From positions 2,310,001 through 2,342,000 of the forward strand of contig NC_007614.1 in assembly GCF_000196355.1 (NCBI RefSeq): a stretch of DNA of 32,000 nucleotides, in the 5' to 3' direction. This DNA comes from Nitrosospira multiformis ATCC 25196. GTDB taxonomy: Bacteria > Pseudomonadota > Gammaproteobacteria > Burkholderiales > Nitrosomonadaceae. Positions 1 through 9,211 of this stretch are shown piece after piece (position 1 is the first letter of the stretch; each line of letters begins with the position of its first letter). The position numbers and the translations under genes were made by a program. A model generated the notes under the pieces. That model worked only from the letters and a program-made list of their open reading frames with translations. It searched no databases and was not told where the DNA came from.

Positions 1-135
1 GTACTGCTTCTTCCAGCGGTAGAACGTCTGTTCCGAGATTCCCACCTGCCGGATCAGATCCGCCACCGGCATCCCAAGCTCCGCCTGCTTTAATACCGCT
101 ACGATCTGTTCTATTGAAAACCGCTTCTTCTTCAT
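1..135 (-). CDS. IS3-family transposase OrfA, N-terminal 45 aa (partial)
   Basis: My translation is MKKKRFSIEQIVAVLKQAELGMPVADLIRQVGISEQTFYRWKKQY. This is the typical HTH N-terminus of IS3/IS407-group OrfA and parallels [14 protein letters not shown]...EQTFFRW of the orfA at 8945-9211. Confidence 0.8.
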   Translation of the reverse strand, partial: MKKKRFSIEQIVAVLKQAELGMPVADLIRQVGISEQTFYRWKKQY

Positions 136-214
136 GGCAAACACCCCTCCTTTCAAGGTCAAGTTTGCCGAAAAACTCACTTTCTGTCTGGTCCTGAATT
201 CCTAAAGCAGATCA
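1..214 (-). mobile_element. IS3-family insertion sequence, orfA-proximal end only; the element continues beyond the window start
   Basis: The OrfA start codon is at 135 on the minus strand. The terminus AGCAGATCA at 206-214 matches the orfA-proximal terminus (TAGCAGATCA, 9271-9280) of the complete IS3-family copy at 8082-9280. Confidence 0.7.
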
Positions 215-762
215 CCCTGATACTGCTAACGCAATTCTATATAGAACAATAAAACCCTTTCCTATAACGATTACATCAAAGGATGGAACTTCAAAGCAAA
301 CGTTATATGTGGGTATTCCCGACAGGACAGGAGAAAGGGGAGGGGTTGAAGAGTTCTGGATTGATAGAGGATATTTTGTAGACAGAAAAGTTAATCTAAC
401 TTTCATAAATGGAGTTTTGACTCAAGATGAGACTACGTACCCGAGCGAAATATTAGGTTTCCTATCCTTACCTCTTGAACTTCTTAATGGGATATCATTA
501 TAACTGGAAGGTTTGATCAACGAACAGCAGAACTCCAAAAGCAGAAAGCCTACCTTGATGCGCTAAAACAACGTAACGAAGTACTACATGCTCCCGCAGA
601 TGCAGGAAAGGCGCCATAATATAATGTATGAATACGACGACTTCGTGACAGTTTTGAAAAATTCAGACTGTTTTCAAGAAGTCATTCGTGAATTACAAGC
701 GCAAAGAGATATTTCCAAGGTGGTTGGTTTTACGTGAGAACCACTTGGGTATACGGGCGTTT

Positions 763-1752
763 CTAATAACTAACCTTAAACGTGGGGCTATCCTCGGGCC
801 GGGTCTTGCGATGATCATAGATCCGGGTCGTGGCGATATTCGCATGCCCGAGCCACTCCTGCACCTTGGCGATGTCTGCCCCGTTGTCCAGTGCATTGGT
901 TGCGGCCGTGGCGCGCATGACATGTGGCCCCATGTTTTCCCCAAAAATCCCCAATTTCCTTAAATACTTCAGTACCACCTCGAAATAGATGGAATCGGGC
1001 GTGAGGGCCGTCAGGGTATGACCGTGCACATTGTTTTTGACTGGCCTAAACAAGGGCGCATCGGGATCGTGTCCATGGCCCGCGGCCTCCAGATACTCTT
1101 CGATCAGGGTCAGTGTGCCGGGGTGGGTGGGAATGAAGCGCATCTTGCCGCCCTTGCCCTTGATGCGCAGATGCGGCACTCCGCGGCGCGACTGGTTGTA
1201 GTCTTTCACCTTGAGGCGGGCCAATTCTTCGCGGCGGATGCCGTGATAGAGCAGGGCGGAGAGAATCGCCCGGTCGCGCTTGCCCTTGAGTGTCTTGGCA
1301 TTGGGAGCCTCGAGCAGGGCGCGCGCCTGGACGTCCCCCAATGCCGGCGTCTTGCCCTGCCAGGATTCTACCGGGGGGCGCTTCACGCCTTTGACCGGAT
1401 TGTGCGTGACCGCATTGGCTTCGCATAGGTACTCGAACAGGGAGGAGAGGGCCGCCAGTTTCCTGCGGATGGTGGCACCGCCCAGCTGCTCTTCTTCCAG
1501 GCGCTTCCTCCAGGCGAGCACATGGCTGCGGGTAATGAGCCGAAAATCCTCCGGGCTGACGATGCCGGCAAAAGCCATGAAGCCGCGCAAATCGTTCTGG
1601 TACGCGCGTCGGGTCTGCAGGCTGTCGATGTTGGCGAACCATTCGATCTCGGGTGGAACTTCCGCAAGTTTGCGAAATTGGGCGGAGGTCAGGGCACTGC
1701 CGGCGGCAGGCGCAGCCGGGGCGGCGGGGGAAATCATCAGTTCTTCACTCAT
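763..1752 (-). CDS. Tyrosine recombinase / phage-type integrase
   Basis: 329-aa ORF. The C-terminus HVMRATAATNALDNGADIAKVQEWLGHANIATTRIYDHR carries the R..H..R..Y catalytic signature (LGH...TT..Y). An N-terminal SAM-like core-binding region is present (TRRAYQNDLRGF...HVLAWR). Confidence 0.85.
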   Translation of the reverse strand: MSEELMISPAAPAAPAAGSALTSAQFRKLAEVPPEIEWFANIDSLQTRRAYQNDLRGFMAFAGIVSPEDFRLITRSHVLAWRKRLEEEQLGGATIRRKLAALSSLFEYLCEANAVTHNPVKGVKRPPVESWQGKTPALGDVQARALLEAPNAKTLKGKRDRAILSALLYHGIRREELARLKVKDYNQSRRGVPHLRIKGKGGKMRFIPTHPGTLTLIEEYLEAAGHGHDPDAPLFRPVKNNVHGHTLTALTPDSIYFEVVLKYLRKLGIFGENMGPHVMRATAATNALDNGADIAKVQEWLGHANIATTRIYDHRKTRPEDSPTFKVSY

Positions 1753-2041
1753 GCCAATTTATCCTGGGGGGAAGTACGGCTATATCTATGTTGATCATGT
1801 GGATAACCCTTTTTCAACACAAATAACCAATACCAGGCGACGATCATGGGGACGGAGGCGAATCCTCCCGCTCCCGGATCTTCTCCCTCCGCCTTCACCA
1901 ACATATCTGTGGCAGTGACCGAGATACAGGGCGAGGGCTGGGAAAAACTCCAACCTGCATCTCCCCAAATTTTTTCCCATATATATATATGCACACCATT
2001 GTCATATAGCCGCCTATTTGGGTCAGACCGGTTACAGCTGG

Positions 2042-2329
2042 TCAACCGGCACGCTTGCGCGCCGCCAACAATTTTCTCGCGCGCTCGACGATCCGCTCAC
2101 GATTGAACTCGCTCAATTGTCCAGCCGCAACCTCACTTAAAGCCTGCTCGATGTCCGTCTTGAGCGCGGCAAGTTCCTCCTGTCGAAGCTCGCGCCGAAC
2201 CTTCCAGTCGCGCAGCGCCTCGCGAATCACTTCGCTCGCCGAGGCGTAGTCGCCATCAAGAACGGCGGTCTTGATCGTTTGGCTAAGTTCAGGGGTGAGC
2301 GTGATGGTCAGGCGCTCGAGTTCGGTCAT
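2042..2329 (-). CDS. parD: ParD-type (RHH/CopG, COG3609-like) type II antitoxin
   Basis: 95 aa. The pattern LTITLTPELSQTIKTAVLDGDYASASEVIREALRDW...RELR is the characteristic ParD N-terminal ribbon-helix-helix followed by a helical tail. Confidence 0.8.
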   Translation of the reverse strand: MTELERLTITLTPELSQTIKTAVLDGDYASASEVIREALRDWKVRRELRQEELAALKTDIEQALSEVAAGQLSEFNRERIVERARKLLAARKRAG

Positions 2330-2397
2330 TTAAGTGCCAATAACAAGTTCTTCATGATCATACTTTATCATACTCTGGGATTCAATCTAGAGCAAGA

Positions 2398-2433
2398 TTT
2401 TACCCATGATAAAATATGTTATCATGGGTAAAA
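2398..2433. promoter_or_regulatory. Perfect inverted repeat (15-bp arms, 6-nt spacer) about 70-100 bp upstream of parD; candidate operator
   Basis: TTTTACCCATGATAA-aatatg-TTATCATGGGTAAAA. It is preceded by the direct repeat ATCATACT..ATCATACT at about 2355-2375. Confidence 0.5.
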
Positions 2434-2578
2434 TAATAAGAGAGGAGAGGCAATTTTCTTGGCAATCAGGAAACAATTAGCCAGCTCAAAAGTAAGAAGC
2501 CTCATGCGGCGATTGCTCAACGCGTCCGCACATTCTTTATTTGGTAGGTTTGCAATTTCCGCAAGGGTGCGATAGAGG

Positions 2579-2986
2579 CTAATGCGTTGCGAATCTTAAA
2601 CGGTTACCGTCCGGGTCTGTTACCACCATTTCTCGAGTTCCCCATGGGGTGTCTTGGGGTGCCTCAATAGTGGTAATGCCTCGATTAGTAAATTCACTAT
2701 AGCAGTTGTCAACATCCGGAACTATGAAGTAGACCGCGCCACCAACTTGACAATCTCCAGTATGCTCCGTCAGAAAAATAACCTGATCTTTCCTGGTCAA
2801 TTGTATAAAGAGAGGAAAGCTTGGCTCGAACTGATGCTTCCAATCAACGCTGAAGCCCAAGCCTTCGACATAAAACGGCAGGCTAACAGTGGCGCTGATT
2901 ATCCGCAGTTGCGGTATAACTGTTTGGTTCAATATAAATTCCTTTGTTATTCCTGATACACACTTGAACACGCTATTGCTTCTCAC
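2579..2986 (-). CDS. VOC-superfamily (glyoxalase / bleomycin-resistance-like) protein
   Basis: The run VIPQLRI..ATVSLPFYVEGLGFSVDW...FIQLTRKDQVIFLTEHTGD...VYFIVPDVDNCYSEF...APQDTPWGTREMVVTDPDGNRLRF is a typical Ble/glyoxalase-fold pattern. The true start is probably the TTG near 2932, which follows AAGGA. Confidence 0.75.
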   Translation of the reverse strand: MRSNSVFKCVSGITKEFILNQTVIPQLRIISATVSLPFYVEGLGFSVDWKHQFEPSFPLFIQLTRKDQVIFLTEHTGDCQVGGAVYFIVPDVDNCYSEFTNRGITTIEAPQDTPWGTREMVVTDPDGNRLRFATH

Positions 2987-3049
2987 TCTCTTATGTCGCG
3001 TCAGAGATTCATAATTAAGATAAATTCTCTATGGCTCGCGAGATGCTCG

Positions 3050-3197
3050 TTAATCCGTCATTCGGAGCATTTTGGCTATTTCTGAAATACGATAAGGCTT
3101 CCTTATAAATCTAAAGTTTTCTATGGGAGGATTTTCAGCTCTTGATGCAGGAAAGGTACAACCCGAAGCCAAGATTACTTTGATATCGGGAAGAAGG
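3050..3197 (-). pseudogene. Out-of-frame C-terminal remnant of the kinase's receiver domain
   Basis: A different frame, starting right after the kinase stop, reads NLLPDIKVILASGCTFPASRAENPPIENFRFIRKPYRISEIAKMLRMTD*. This corresponds to beta4-alpha5 of a CheY-like receiver. The middle part, including the phospho-acceptor Asp, is absent. Confidence 0.7.
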
Positions 3198-4814
3198 TTA
3201 CGTGGTGATCTCCAGAAGATCCGCCTGATCATCCACCACCAATGCCTTCTCATTTCCGCTTGCCAGGCCCCCGGAACCTTCATTCGTATCCCCTTCCAGC
3301 GCTGGCACGAATAGGGAAATAGCAGTGCCTTTGCCCACCGCCGTTTCAATTACCATATCCCCGCCGAATTGCTTGATCGTCCCGTACACCTGACTCAGCC
3401 CCAGCCCTGACCCTTTGCCAACCTCCTTAGTGGTAAAGAACGGCTCCACGGCTTGGGCCGCTACTTCCGGCAGCATCCCTGTACCGGTATCTTTCACAGT
3501 AACTTTCACATAGCGTCCTGCTGGCAGCTCATTGATTTCCTTTTCATCCAGTTCGAGCTGTTCAGTACTCAACGTAATAGCGCCCCCATCGGGCGTAGCG
3601 TCACGCGCATTGATAACCAGGTTTAATAATGCCGCCTCGAAGTGCGGCGCATCGATGATTACCGGTGGTAAAAGCGGATCAAGTTTCACATCAAACTCAA
3701 CAGAACCTTTATTGGCTCTGCGAAGTACCGGTTCAAAAGAACGTATGACGTGATTCAAATTGTACTTATCTTGCTTTAAGGGTTGCTTGCGAGCAAACGT
3801 CAACAATTGTTGCGTTAACATCGTCCCCTGAGCGGCTGCGCGCTGCATGCTTTCGAGCATCCGGGTGGAAGTTGGCGTCTGTGCTTGCTTTGCAATGATT
3901 TCAATCCCGTTGACAATGACGTTAAGCAGGTTATTGAAGTCGTGAGCAATCCCGCCCGTCAATTTGCCGATCGCTTCCAGCTTCTGGGACTGGAACAAGG
4001 CTTCTTTGGCACGCTCCAGCGCCTGCTCGGCCTCTCGCTTTCCCGTGATATCGCGCGTGATTTTTGCAAAACCAATCAATTCGCCAAGAGCGTTTCTAAT
4101 TGGGTCTATCACTACATTTGCCCAAAACCTGGAGCCGTCTTTCCGTACCCGCCAGCCTTCGCCTTCAAAGCGACCATCCGCTTCCGCAGTCTGTAATGCC
4201 ACCAATGGCAAGTCCTTGGCCTTGTCTTCCTGTATATAAAAGCGGGAGAAATGAGTGCCAACGGCTTCAGTTTGATCGAAGCCAGTAATCCGACGTGCCC
4301 CTGGATTCCAATTGGTAATGGTGCCATCTACCGACAGCATGTAGAGCGCGTAGTCCGTCACGCCCTCGACCAGTAACCGGAATTGCTCCTCACTGGCGTG
4401 CAGAGCCTCGGTTGCCTTCTTGCGCGCGGTAATATCACGGGTGATTTTAGCGAAACCAATCAGCATGCCCTCGGGATCCCGAATTGGATCAATGACGATG
4501 CTGGCCCAGAACCGATTGCCATCCTTGCGCACGCGCCAGCCTTCATCTTCGAATCTTCCCTCTTTGGCTGCCGTTTGCAAGGCCTTGAATGGAATATTGG
4601 CCGCCCTGTCTTCCTCTGTATAAAACCGGGAGAAGTGCTGACCTATGATTTCTTCAGCCGTATAGCCTTTAAACCTCTGCGCACCAGCATTCCAACTGCA
4701 GACGCGGCCTTCAGGGTTGAGCATGTAAAGCGCGTAGTCAGTTACGCTGGCAACGAATAGCTGAAAGCGTTCTGATTCAGCATATGACTCGATAGAAAGG
4801 GAGGACAGTGTCAT
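3198..4814 (-). CDS. Sensor histidine kinase: two tandem PAS/PAC domains, HisKA, HATPase_c, then only the first strand of a receiver domain before a stop
   Basis: Two PAS units share DYALYML..G....WN.GA.R..G...E..G.HFSRFY..ED.A...P..ALQTA...GRFE.EGWRVRKDG.RFWA..VIDPIR. The H-box is GGIAHDFNNLL and the G-boxes are DTGTGM and GKGSGLGL. The protein ends KALVVDDQADLLEITT*. The ORF-track start is TTG at 4835; ATG at 4814 has the better SD (GAAGG). Confidence 0.85.
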   Translation of the reverse strand: MTLSSLSIESYAESERFQLFVASVTDYALYMLNPEGRVCSWNAGAQRFKGYTAEEIIGQHFSRFYTEEDRAANIPFKALQTAAKEGRFEDEGWRVRKDGNRFWASIVIDPIRDPEGMLIGFAKITRDITARKKATEALHASEEQFRLLVEGVTDYALYMLSVDGTITNWNPGARRITGFDQTEAVGTHFSRFYIQEDKAKDLPLVALQTAEADGRFEGEGWRVRKDGSRFWANVVIDPIRNALGELIGFAKITRDITGKREAEQALERAKEALFQSQKLEAIGKLTGGIAHDFNNLLNVIVNGIEIIAKQAQTPTSTRMLESMQRAAAQGTMLTQQLLTFARKQPLKQDKYNLNHVIRSFEPVLRRANKGSVEFDVKLDPLLPPVIIDAPHFEAALLNLVINARDATPDGGAITLSTEQLELDEKEINELPAGRYVKVTVKDTGTGMLPEVAAQAVEPFFTTKEVGKGSGLGLSQVYGTIKQFGGDMVIETAVGKGTAISLFVPALEGDTNEGSGGLASGNEKALVVDDQADLLEITT

Positions 4815-5212
4815 TTTTACCTTCATATAAAGCAAGCTAATGATTATTTGCCTAAGGAAAGCTTACTCATCATGCGTGTTTCCGAAATGGAGGGTACCTG
4901 GGAACCTCAGTTCTCGGATATATACTGATGAGGTGTTATATTTTAATCAGGACCTCCTCAGGAGGGAAAATAAATGGATAAGAGCTATCAAGTCGAACAA
5001 GGCAGCGATTATCAACCCAGCGAGTATTGGACCTTGCTTTAGAGGCACAGGAATCGAGGGCACCAATTGCTACGGGTATCCCCTCCCAGAAAAGCATTTT
5101 TTAACACCTTATTTTCTCCTTTCTTCTTTTTAATTGAGATTTATGCCAAATGGCAAGCTAGAGAAGCAAGAAATACGCCAGTGTTCTTTTTCCATAAGGT
5201 TTAGAGGTTTAT

Positions 5213-5692
5213 GTGAGAAAGGCTAGAAGGGAAGTAAAAATCTTTCCTGTCAAATCCTGGACACTCGGCAACGGGCAGAACATCGTCCGCAACTTCGACC
5301 TCGATGGGCGCATCACAAGCCATAGCCTTGGATCGCTTGCCTACGATGCGGCTTCGCGCATCACCGGCATATCCCTGGGCGGCGTCAGTATCGTAGGCAG
5401 CAGCAAGACTTACGGCTATGATGCCACGGATCGGCTGATTTCCTTCAGCGACGGAACGTCGGCTGAGACCTATGCTTATGACGCAGCTGGCAATCGCACT
5501 GGCCAGACCATCAACGGCATGGCCTACACCTACTCCGTGAGTTATGCCAGCAACCGTCTGGACGCGATGGCCGGACCGGGCAGTTCCCTGCACTACAGCT
5601 ATGACGCCAACGGCAGCCTGGTCAATGACGGCCAGAGGAGTGAGTCACTTACCTTGACAATCCGTATTCATCATGATCTAGTTTTCAAATGA
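5213..5692 (+). pseudogene. RHS / YD-repeat protein fragment, truncated at both ends
   Basis: Repeated YD motifs are present: YGYDATDRL, YAYDAAGNRTGQ, YSYDANGSLVNDG. There is no N-terminal domain, RHS core end or toxin tip. Homology stops near 5640. Confidence 0.7.
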
Positions 5693-6019
5693 AGGAGCCC
5701 GCGACAATTATTCAAAGAAGGAGTGACTCGTCATGAAAACAGCCTTTAGTTCTAAAGTAATGCGAAGCTTGATCCTTGCCGCCTCCCTGTGCGGGAGTGT
5801 CGGCTTCCTTTCCCCTGCCTTCGGCCAGTCTTTCGATACCTCATACCTTATCGACCTGAACACGAAAGAATGGACCAGATTGGGAACTTTGGGGAGTTAC
5901 GGTTCCATTTATTTCGGTTCCACTTCCGCATACGCCATCAATGATTCCGGACGGGTGGTCGGTACGGCTAGCACAATTCCTCCTTCTGATCCTAATGATC
6001 AATTATTTTATATTCCTAG

Positions 6020-6834
6020 GGCCTGTTCACAGTAGTTGATTTGTGTTTACATCCGGAATTTGGATGTGGGTCATGGATCGGGACATGTTGAGCGATGCGC
6101 AGTGGGCTCGTATTTCGGGACTATTGCCGGGCAAGCCAACCGACAAGGGAGGGCGAGCGGCGGATAACCGGTTGTTCGTTGAGGCGGTGCTATACACGGC
6201 GCGGGTTGGAAACCCCTGGCGCGACCTGCCGCCGAAGTTTGGGAACTGGCATTCGGTGTATGTGCGCTTCGCGCGCTGGGAAGCCAACGGCGTGTGGTCG
6301 CGTGTTGCCGAAGCGCTCCAGGGCGAGGCCGATCTGGAAGAGCTATTCATCGACTCAACCGTCGTGCGTGCGCACCAGCACTCGGCTGGCGCGTCAAAAA
6401 AAACGGTAGCGATCAGGCGATCGGCCGCTCGCGTGGTGGGCTGACTACCAAGATCCATGCATGCGTGGATGCCTTGGGCAATCCATTGCGCCTGATCCTC
6501 ACCGGTGGCCAAGTAGCCGACATTACACAAGGGCCCGCACTGATCAATTCCATCAAGACTGATGCAGTTGTCGCCGACAAGGGATACGACAGCCACGTGT
6601 TCGTCGCAGTGATCACCGAGACGGGGGCTGAGGCCGTCATCCCGTCTCGGAGCAACCGATGCGCCTCGCGCGAGTTCGATCGGGAGCGGTACAAAGCGCG
6701 TAACCTGGTGGAGCGATTCTTCAATCGGCTCAAACAATTTCGTCGCCTCGCGACCCGCTACGACAAACTCGCCAACCGCTTCAATGCTTTCTTGCATCTG
6801 GCTTGCGCCTACATCTGGCTACTGTGAACACGCT
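6020..6834 (+). mobile_element. IS5-family IS (IS427/IS1031-like) with 4-bp CTAG target duplication
   Basis: The terminal IRs are GGCCTGTTCACAGTAG at the left end and CTACTGTGAACACGCT at the right end. With the flanking CTAG included, the two 20-nt ends match at 18 of 20 positions in my alignment. CTAG lies at 6016-6019 and 6835-6838. Confidence 0.85.
6064..6827 (+). CDS. IS5-family DDE transposase made from two frames by a programmed -1 frameshift
   Basis: OrfA reads MDRDMLSDAQWARISGLLPGKP...VRAHQHSAGASKK. OrfB reads GRSRGGLTTKIHACVD...ADKGYDS...ERFFNRLKQFRRLATRYDK. An A8 slippery run sits at 6396-6403 and orfB is in the -1 frame. Confidence 0.85.
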
Positions 6835-8129
6835 CTAGTTCTATTGGTTTTATTACTGGCCCAAATGGAGTCGGCATTACCGAGGTGGGTTTTAATCCCC
6901 GCGATCTCAACAATTCTGGACAGGTAGTGGGAGGTCTTCAGGTCCCTCAAGACGTGCCCCTTTTTTTCCACTCGTATATCACTGGACCGAATGGGGAGGG
7001 AAGGACTCCGATAAAGTCTTTAGCTAAAAATGAATCTGACTTCACTGTAGCTTACGGTATCAATGATGCCGGACAGGTAGCAGGGGGATCATGGACGGGC
7101 GAAGGCGGTTCGAATCATGCTTTCATAACTGGCCCAAATGGTGTGGGCACGATAGATCTAGATCTTTTCGGCGGAAATCACAGTAGGGCCATCGGCATTA
7201 ATAATACTGCCCAGGTAGCGGTCGAGGCAGAGATGGCCGATTATTCGACGCGCGCTTTCATCACCGGTCCGAATGGCGTGGGCATGACTGACCTCGGCAC
7301 TCTTGGTGGAGCCAGCAGCTTTGTTTCCGGAATCAATGACAGCGGGCAGGTAGTGGGACATTCTGAGACTGCCGCAGGTTCCAGGCATGCTTTTATCACC
7401 GGTCCGGATGGCCAGGACATGATCGACCTGGGTACGCTCGGCGGGAGCTTCAGCAGCGCGGCGGATATCAATGAGGCCGAACAGGTAGTGGGAAGTTCTG
7501 AAACCGCAGCAGGTTCCGAGCATGCTTTTATCACTGGTCCGCATGGAACCGGCATGATGGATTTGAACGCGCTGGTGCATCTGCCTGAAGGCGTTATCCT
7601 CACCACCGCAACCGGGATCAATAATGTCGGTCAGGTTATAGCGATCGGCACAGTCCCGGAACCCTCATCCTACGCCCTGATGCTCGCGGGCCTGGCTCTC
7701 GTCGGGATAGTGATTCGATGCAGGGAAGTTGTTTAAAGCAGCGGCACTTTAAGTAGCAATAGGTCTTGCGGAGAAGCTGGGTCACCCTGAAGGGGAGCGT
7801 CAGTTACTTTCAATACCAGGATCAATGGAAGACTCCCTACTCTCCCACATCAAGATGAGAACGGAGGAAAGCCCTATGATCCTCGAAGTAACGATTTTTG
7901 CCCCCCGAGCATAAGGATTAGTTCGAGGATCCATGTATAGTTAAGTTAATATGAGTTATGTAAATAATATAACTTAGCGTAAGCTACTTATATATGCTGG
8001 CGGTGGAGGATGCAATCCTAGTTCACTTGGGAATGCCCAGGTAAACGAGCAGCTTCTCGTTTTCAGCTTTGAGAGTTACCCTGACCTGCTATTGATTTTT
8101 GTAGCCAGTTTCGAAGTGGGTCTTCCGGT

Positions 8130-8951
8130 TCAAACATTCTGGATTTGCAACCTTTGCAAGCCTGCCTGGGCTGGAGTTCGGTTGGCGAGCGCAGAATGCG
8201 GGCGCTCGTTGTTATAAAACTGCCGCCATTTCTCGATCAATACTTTCGCTTCCTGCCGTGTGATGAACCATTCGCGGTTGAGGCATTCATCACGCAATTT
8301 ACCGTTGAAGCTTTCCACGAATCCATTCTGCCAAGGGCTGCCAGGCTTGATAAAGGCTGGCCCCACGTTATTGTCTCGCAGCCATGTCATTACTGCGGTT
8401 GCAGTAAATTCAGCGCCATTGTCCGAGCGAATAAAGGCAGGCTTTCCATAGATACGCATCAGCCGTGACAGGGTCAGGATGACATCCTGGTTACGCAGCG
8501 ATTTGCCGACTTCGATTGCAAGGCACTCACGCGTATGCTCATCCAGCACGCAAAGCAGCTTTAGCGTCTGCCCATTGGCCAGCCGGTCATGGACGAAATC
8601 ATAAGTCCAGACACTGTTTGGTTTTGTTGCTCCAGGAAGGCGTATATCCGTCCCGCAGCGGCGTTTCCTGGGCCTGCGCCTGGGCAAGCTTAGTCCCAGC
8701 TTACCCCACAAGCGCCACACACGCCCCATACTCTGATCAGTCATGACAGCAATGCGCCGATACCCAAAACGGGGATAGCGGCTTGATGCTTCAATTATCC
8801 GTGTGGCAACAGCACGATCCTTAACGGGCTGCTTGACCTCATAACTGCCAATACGACGGCTTACCCCGACAATTCGACACGCTGATCGCTGCGATAACCC
8901 CTTGCCCGTCAAAATTCCAAGCGCTTCGCGTCTGGCTGCCGGGGTTACCAT
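8130..8951 (-). CDS. IS3-family transposase OrfB (rve/DDE integrase domain)
   Basis: Contains YPRFGYRRI...[10 protein letters not shown]...[12 protein letters not shown]...IRSDNGAEF...[23 protein letters not shown]. Confidence 0.9.
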   Translation of the reverse strand: MVTPAARREALGILTGKGLSQRSACRIVGVSRRIGSYEVKQPVKDRAVATRIIEASSRYPRFGYRRIAVMTDQSMGRVWRLWGKLGLSLPRRRPRKRRCGTDIRLPGATKPNSVWTYDFVHDRLANGQTLKLLCVLDEHTRECLAIEVGKSLRNQDVILTLSRLMRIYGKPAFIRSDNGAEFTATAVMTWLRDNNVGPAFIKPGSPWQNGFVESFNGKLRDECLNREWFITRQEAKVLIEKWRQFYNNERPHSALANRTPAQAGLQRLQIQNV

Positions 8952-9211
8952 TTTTTTGTGGCAATCTCCTTCAAACCCTCGATAGCCAGCATCTGCTCAG
9001 CAACAATCTTCTTCAGCTTCGCATTCTCCGACTCCAGATCCTTTAACCGGCGCGCATCCGATACCGTCATACCTCCAAACTTCGTGCGCCACCGGAAAAA
9101 TGTCTGCTCCGTAATGTTGTGCTTGCGGCATACATCTCGGATAACCACCCCATCCGCTTCACCTTCCCTCAGTATCCCAATAATCTGCTCTTCACTGAAT
9201 CGCTTCTTCAT
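8945..9211 (-). CDS. IS3-family transposase OrfA (HTH plus leucine zipper)
   Basis: Reads [16 protein letters not shown]...[16 protein letters not shown]...[23 protein letters not shown] lies upstream of the ATG at 9211. The A AAA AAA slip site is at 8951-8957 and orfB is in the -1 frame. Confidence 0.85.
   Translation of the reverse strand: MKKRFSEEQIIGILREGEADGVVIRDVCRKHNITEQTFFRWRTKFGGMTVSDARRLKDLESENAKLKKIVAEQMLAIEGLKEIATKKW

Larger units (their letters stand above)
5733..7736 (+). pseudogene. HAF-repeat extracellular protein with PEP-CTERM sorting signal, interrupted by an IS5-family element
   Basis: Signal peptide is MKTAFSSKVMRSLILAASLCGSVGFLSPAFG. Repeats follow the pattern INDSGQVVG...HAFITGPNG.GM.DLGTLGG. 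The C-terminus is VPEPSSYALMLAGLALVGIVIRCR. Removing 6020-6838 joins the two halves in frame (...FYIPSSIGFITGPNGVGITEVGFNPRDL...). Confidence 0.85.

Noticed and set aside
1018-1918. Several long plus-strand and alternative-frame ORFs overlap the integrase gene.
   Set aside because: The integrase frame carries the full catalytic signature. The others are Arg/Pro/Ala-rich GC-driven shadows.
1749-2045. I considered calling the 98-aa ORF overlapping the parD stop as the ParE toxin.
   Set aside because: Only a short, weak resemblance to the ParE N-terminal pattern is present, and the rest is unlike ParE. It has a TTG start and an internal (AT)6 repeat. I kept it as an open question in the findings rather than calling it a feature.
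4840-5133. A 97-aa plus-strand ORF lies upstream of the histidine kinase.
   Set aside because: It is AT-rich, has no SD and no motif, and lies in the kinase's promoter region.
6027-6797. A 256-aa minus-strand ORF lies inside the IS5-family element.
   Set aside because: It is antisense to the frameshifting transposase and has no motifs. It is a shadow ORF.
7107-7116. GGTTCGAATC, a tRNA T-arm-like string, occurs here.
   Set aside because: It lies inside the HAF-repeat coding frame, and no acceptor or anticodon stems can be drawn around it.
6885-7620. Periodic ~135-bp DNA repeats could be mistaken for a repeat array or CRISPR.
   Set aside because: They are the coding repeats of the HAF-family protein (INDxGQVVG...HAFITGPNG). 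There is no spacer/repeat organisation.
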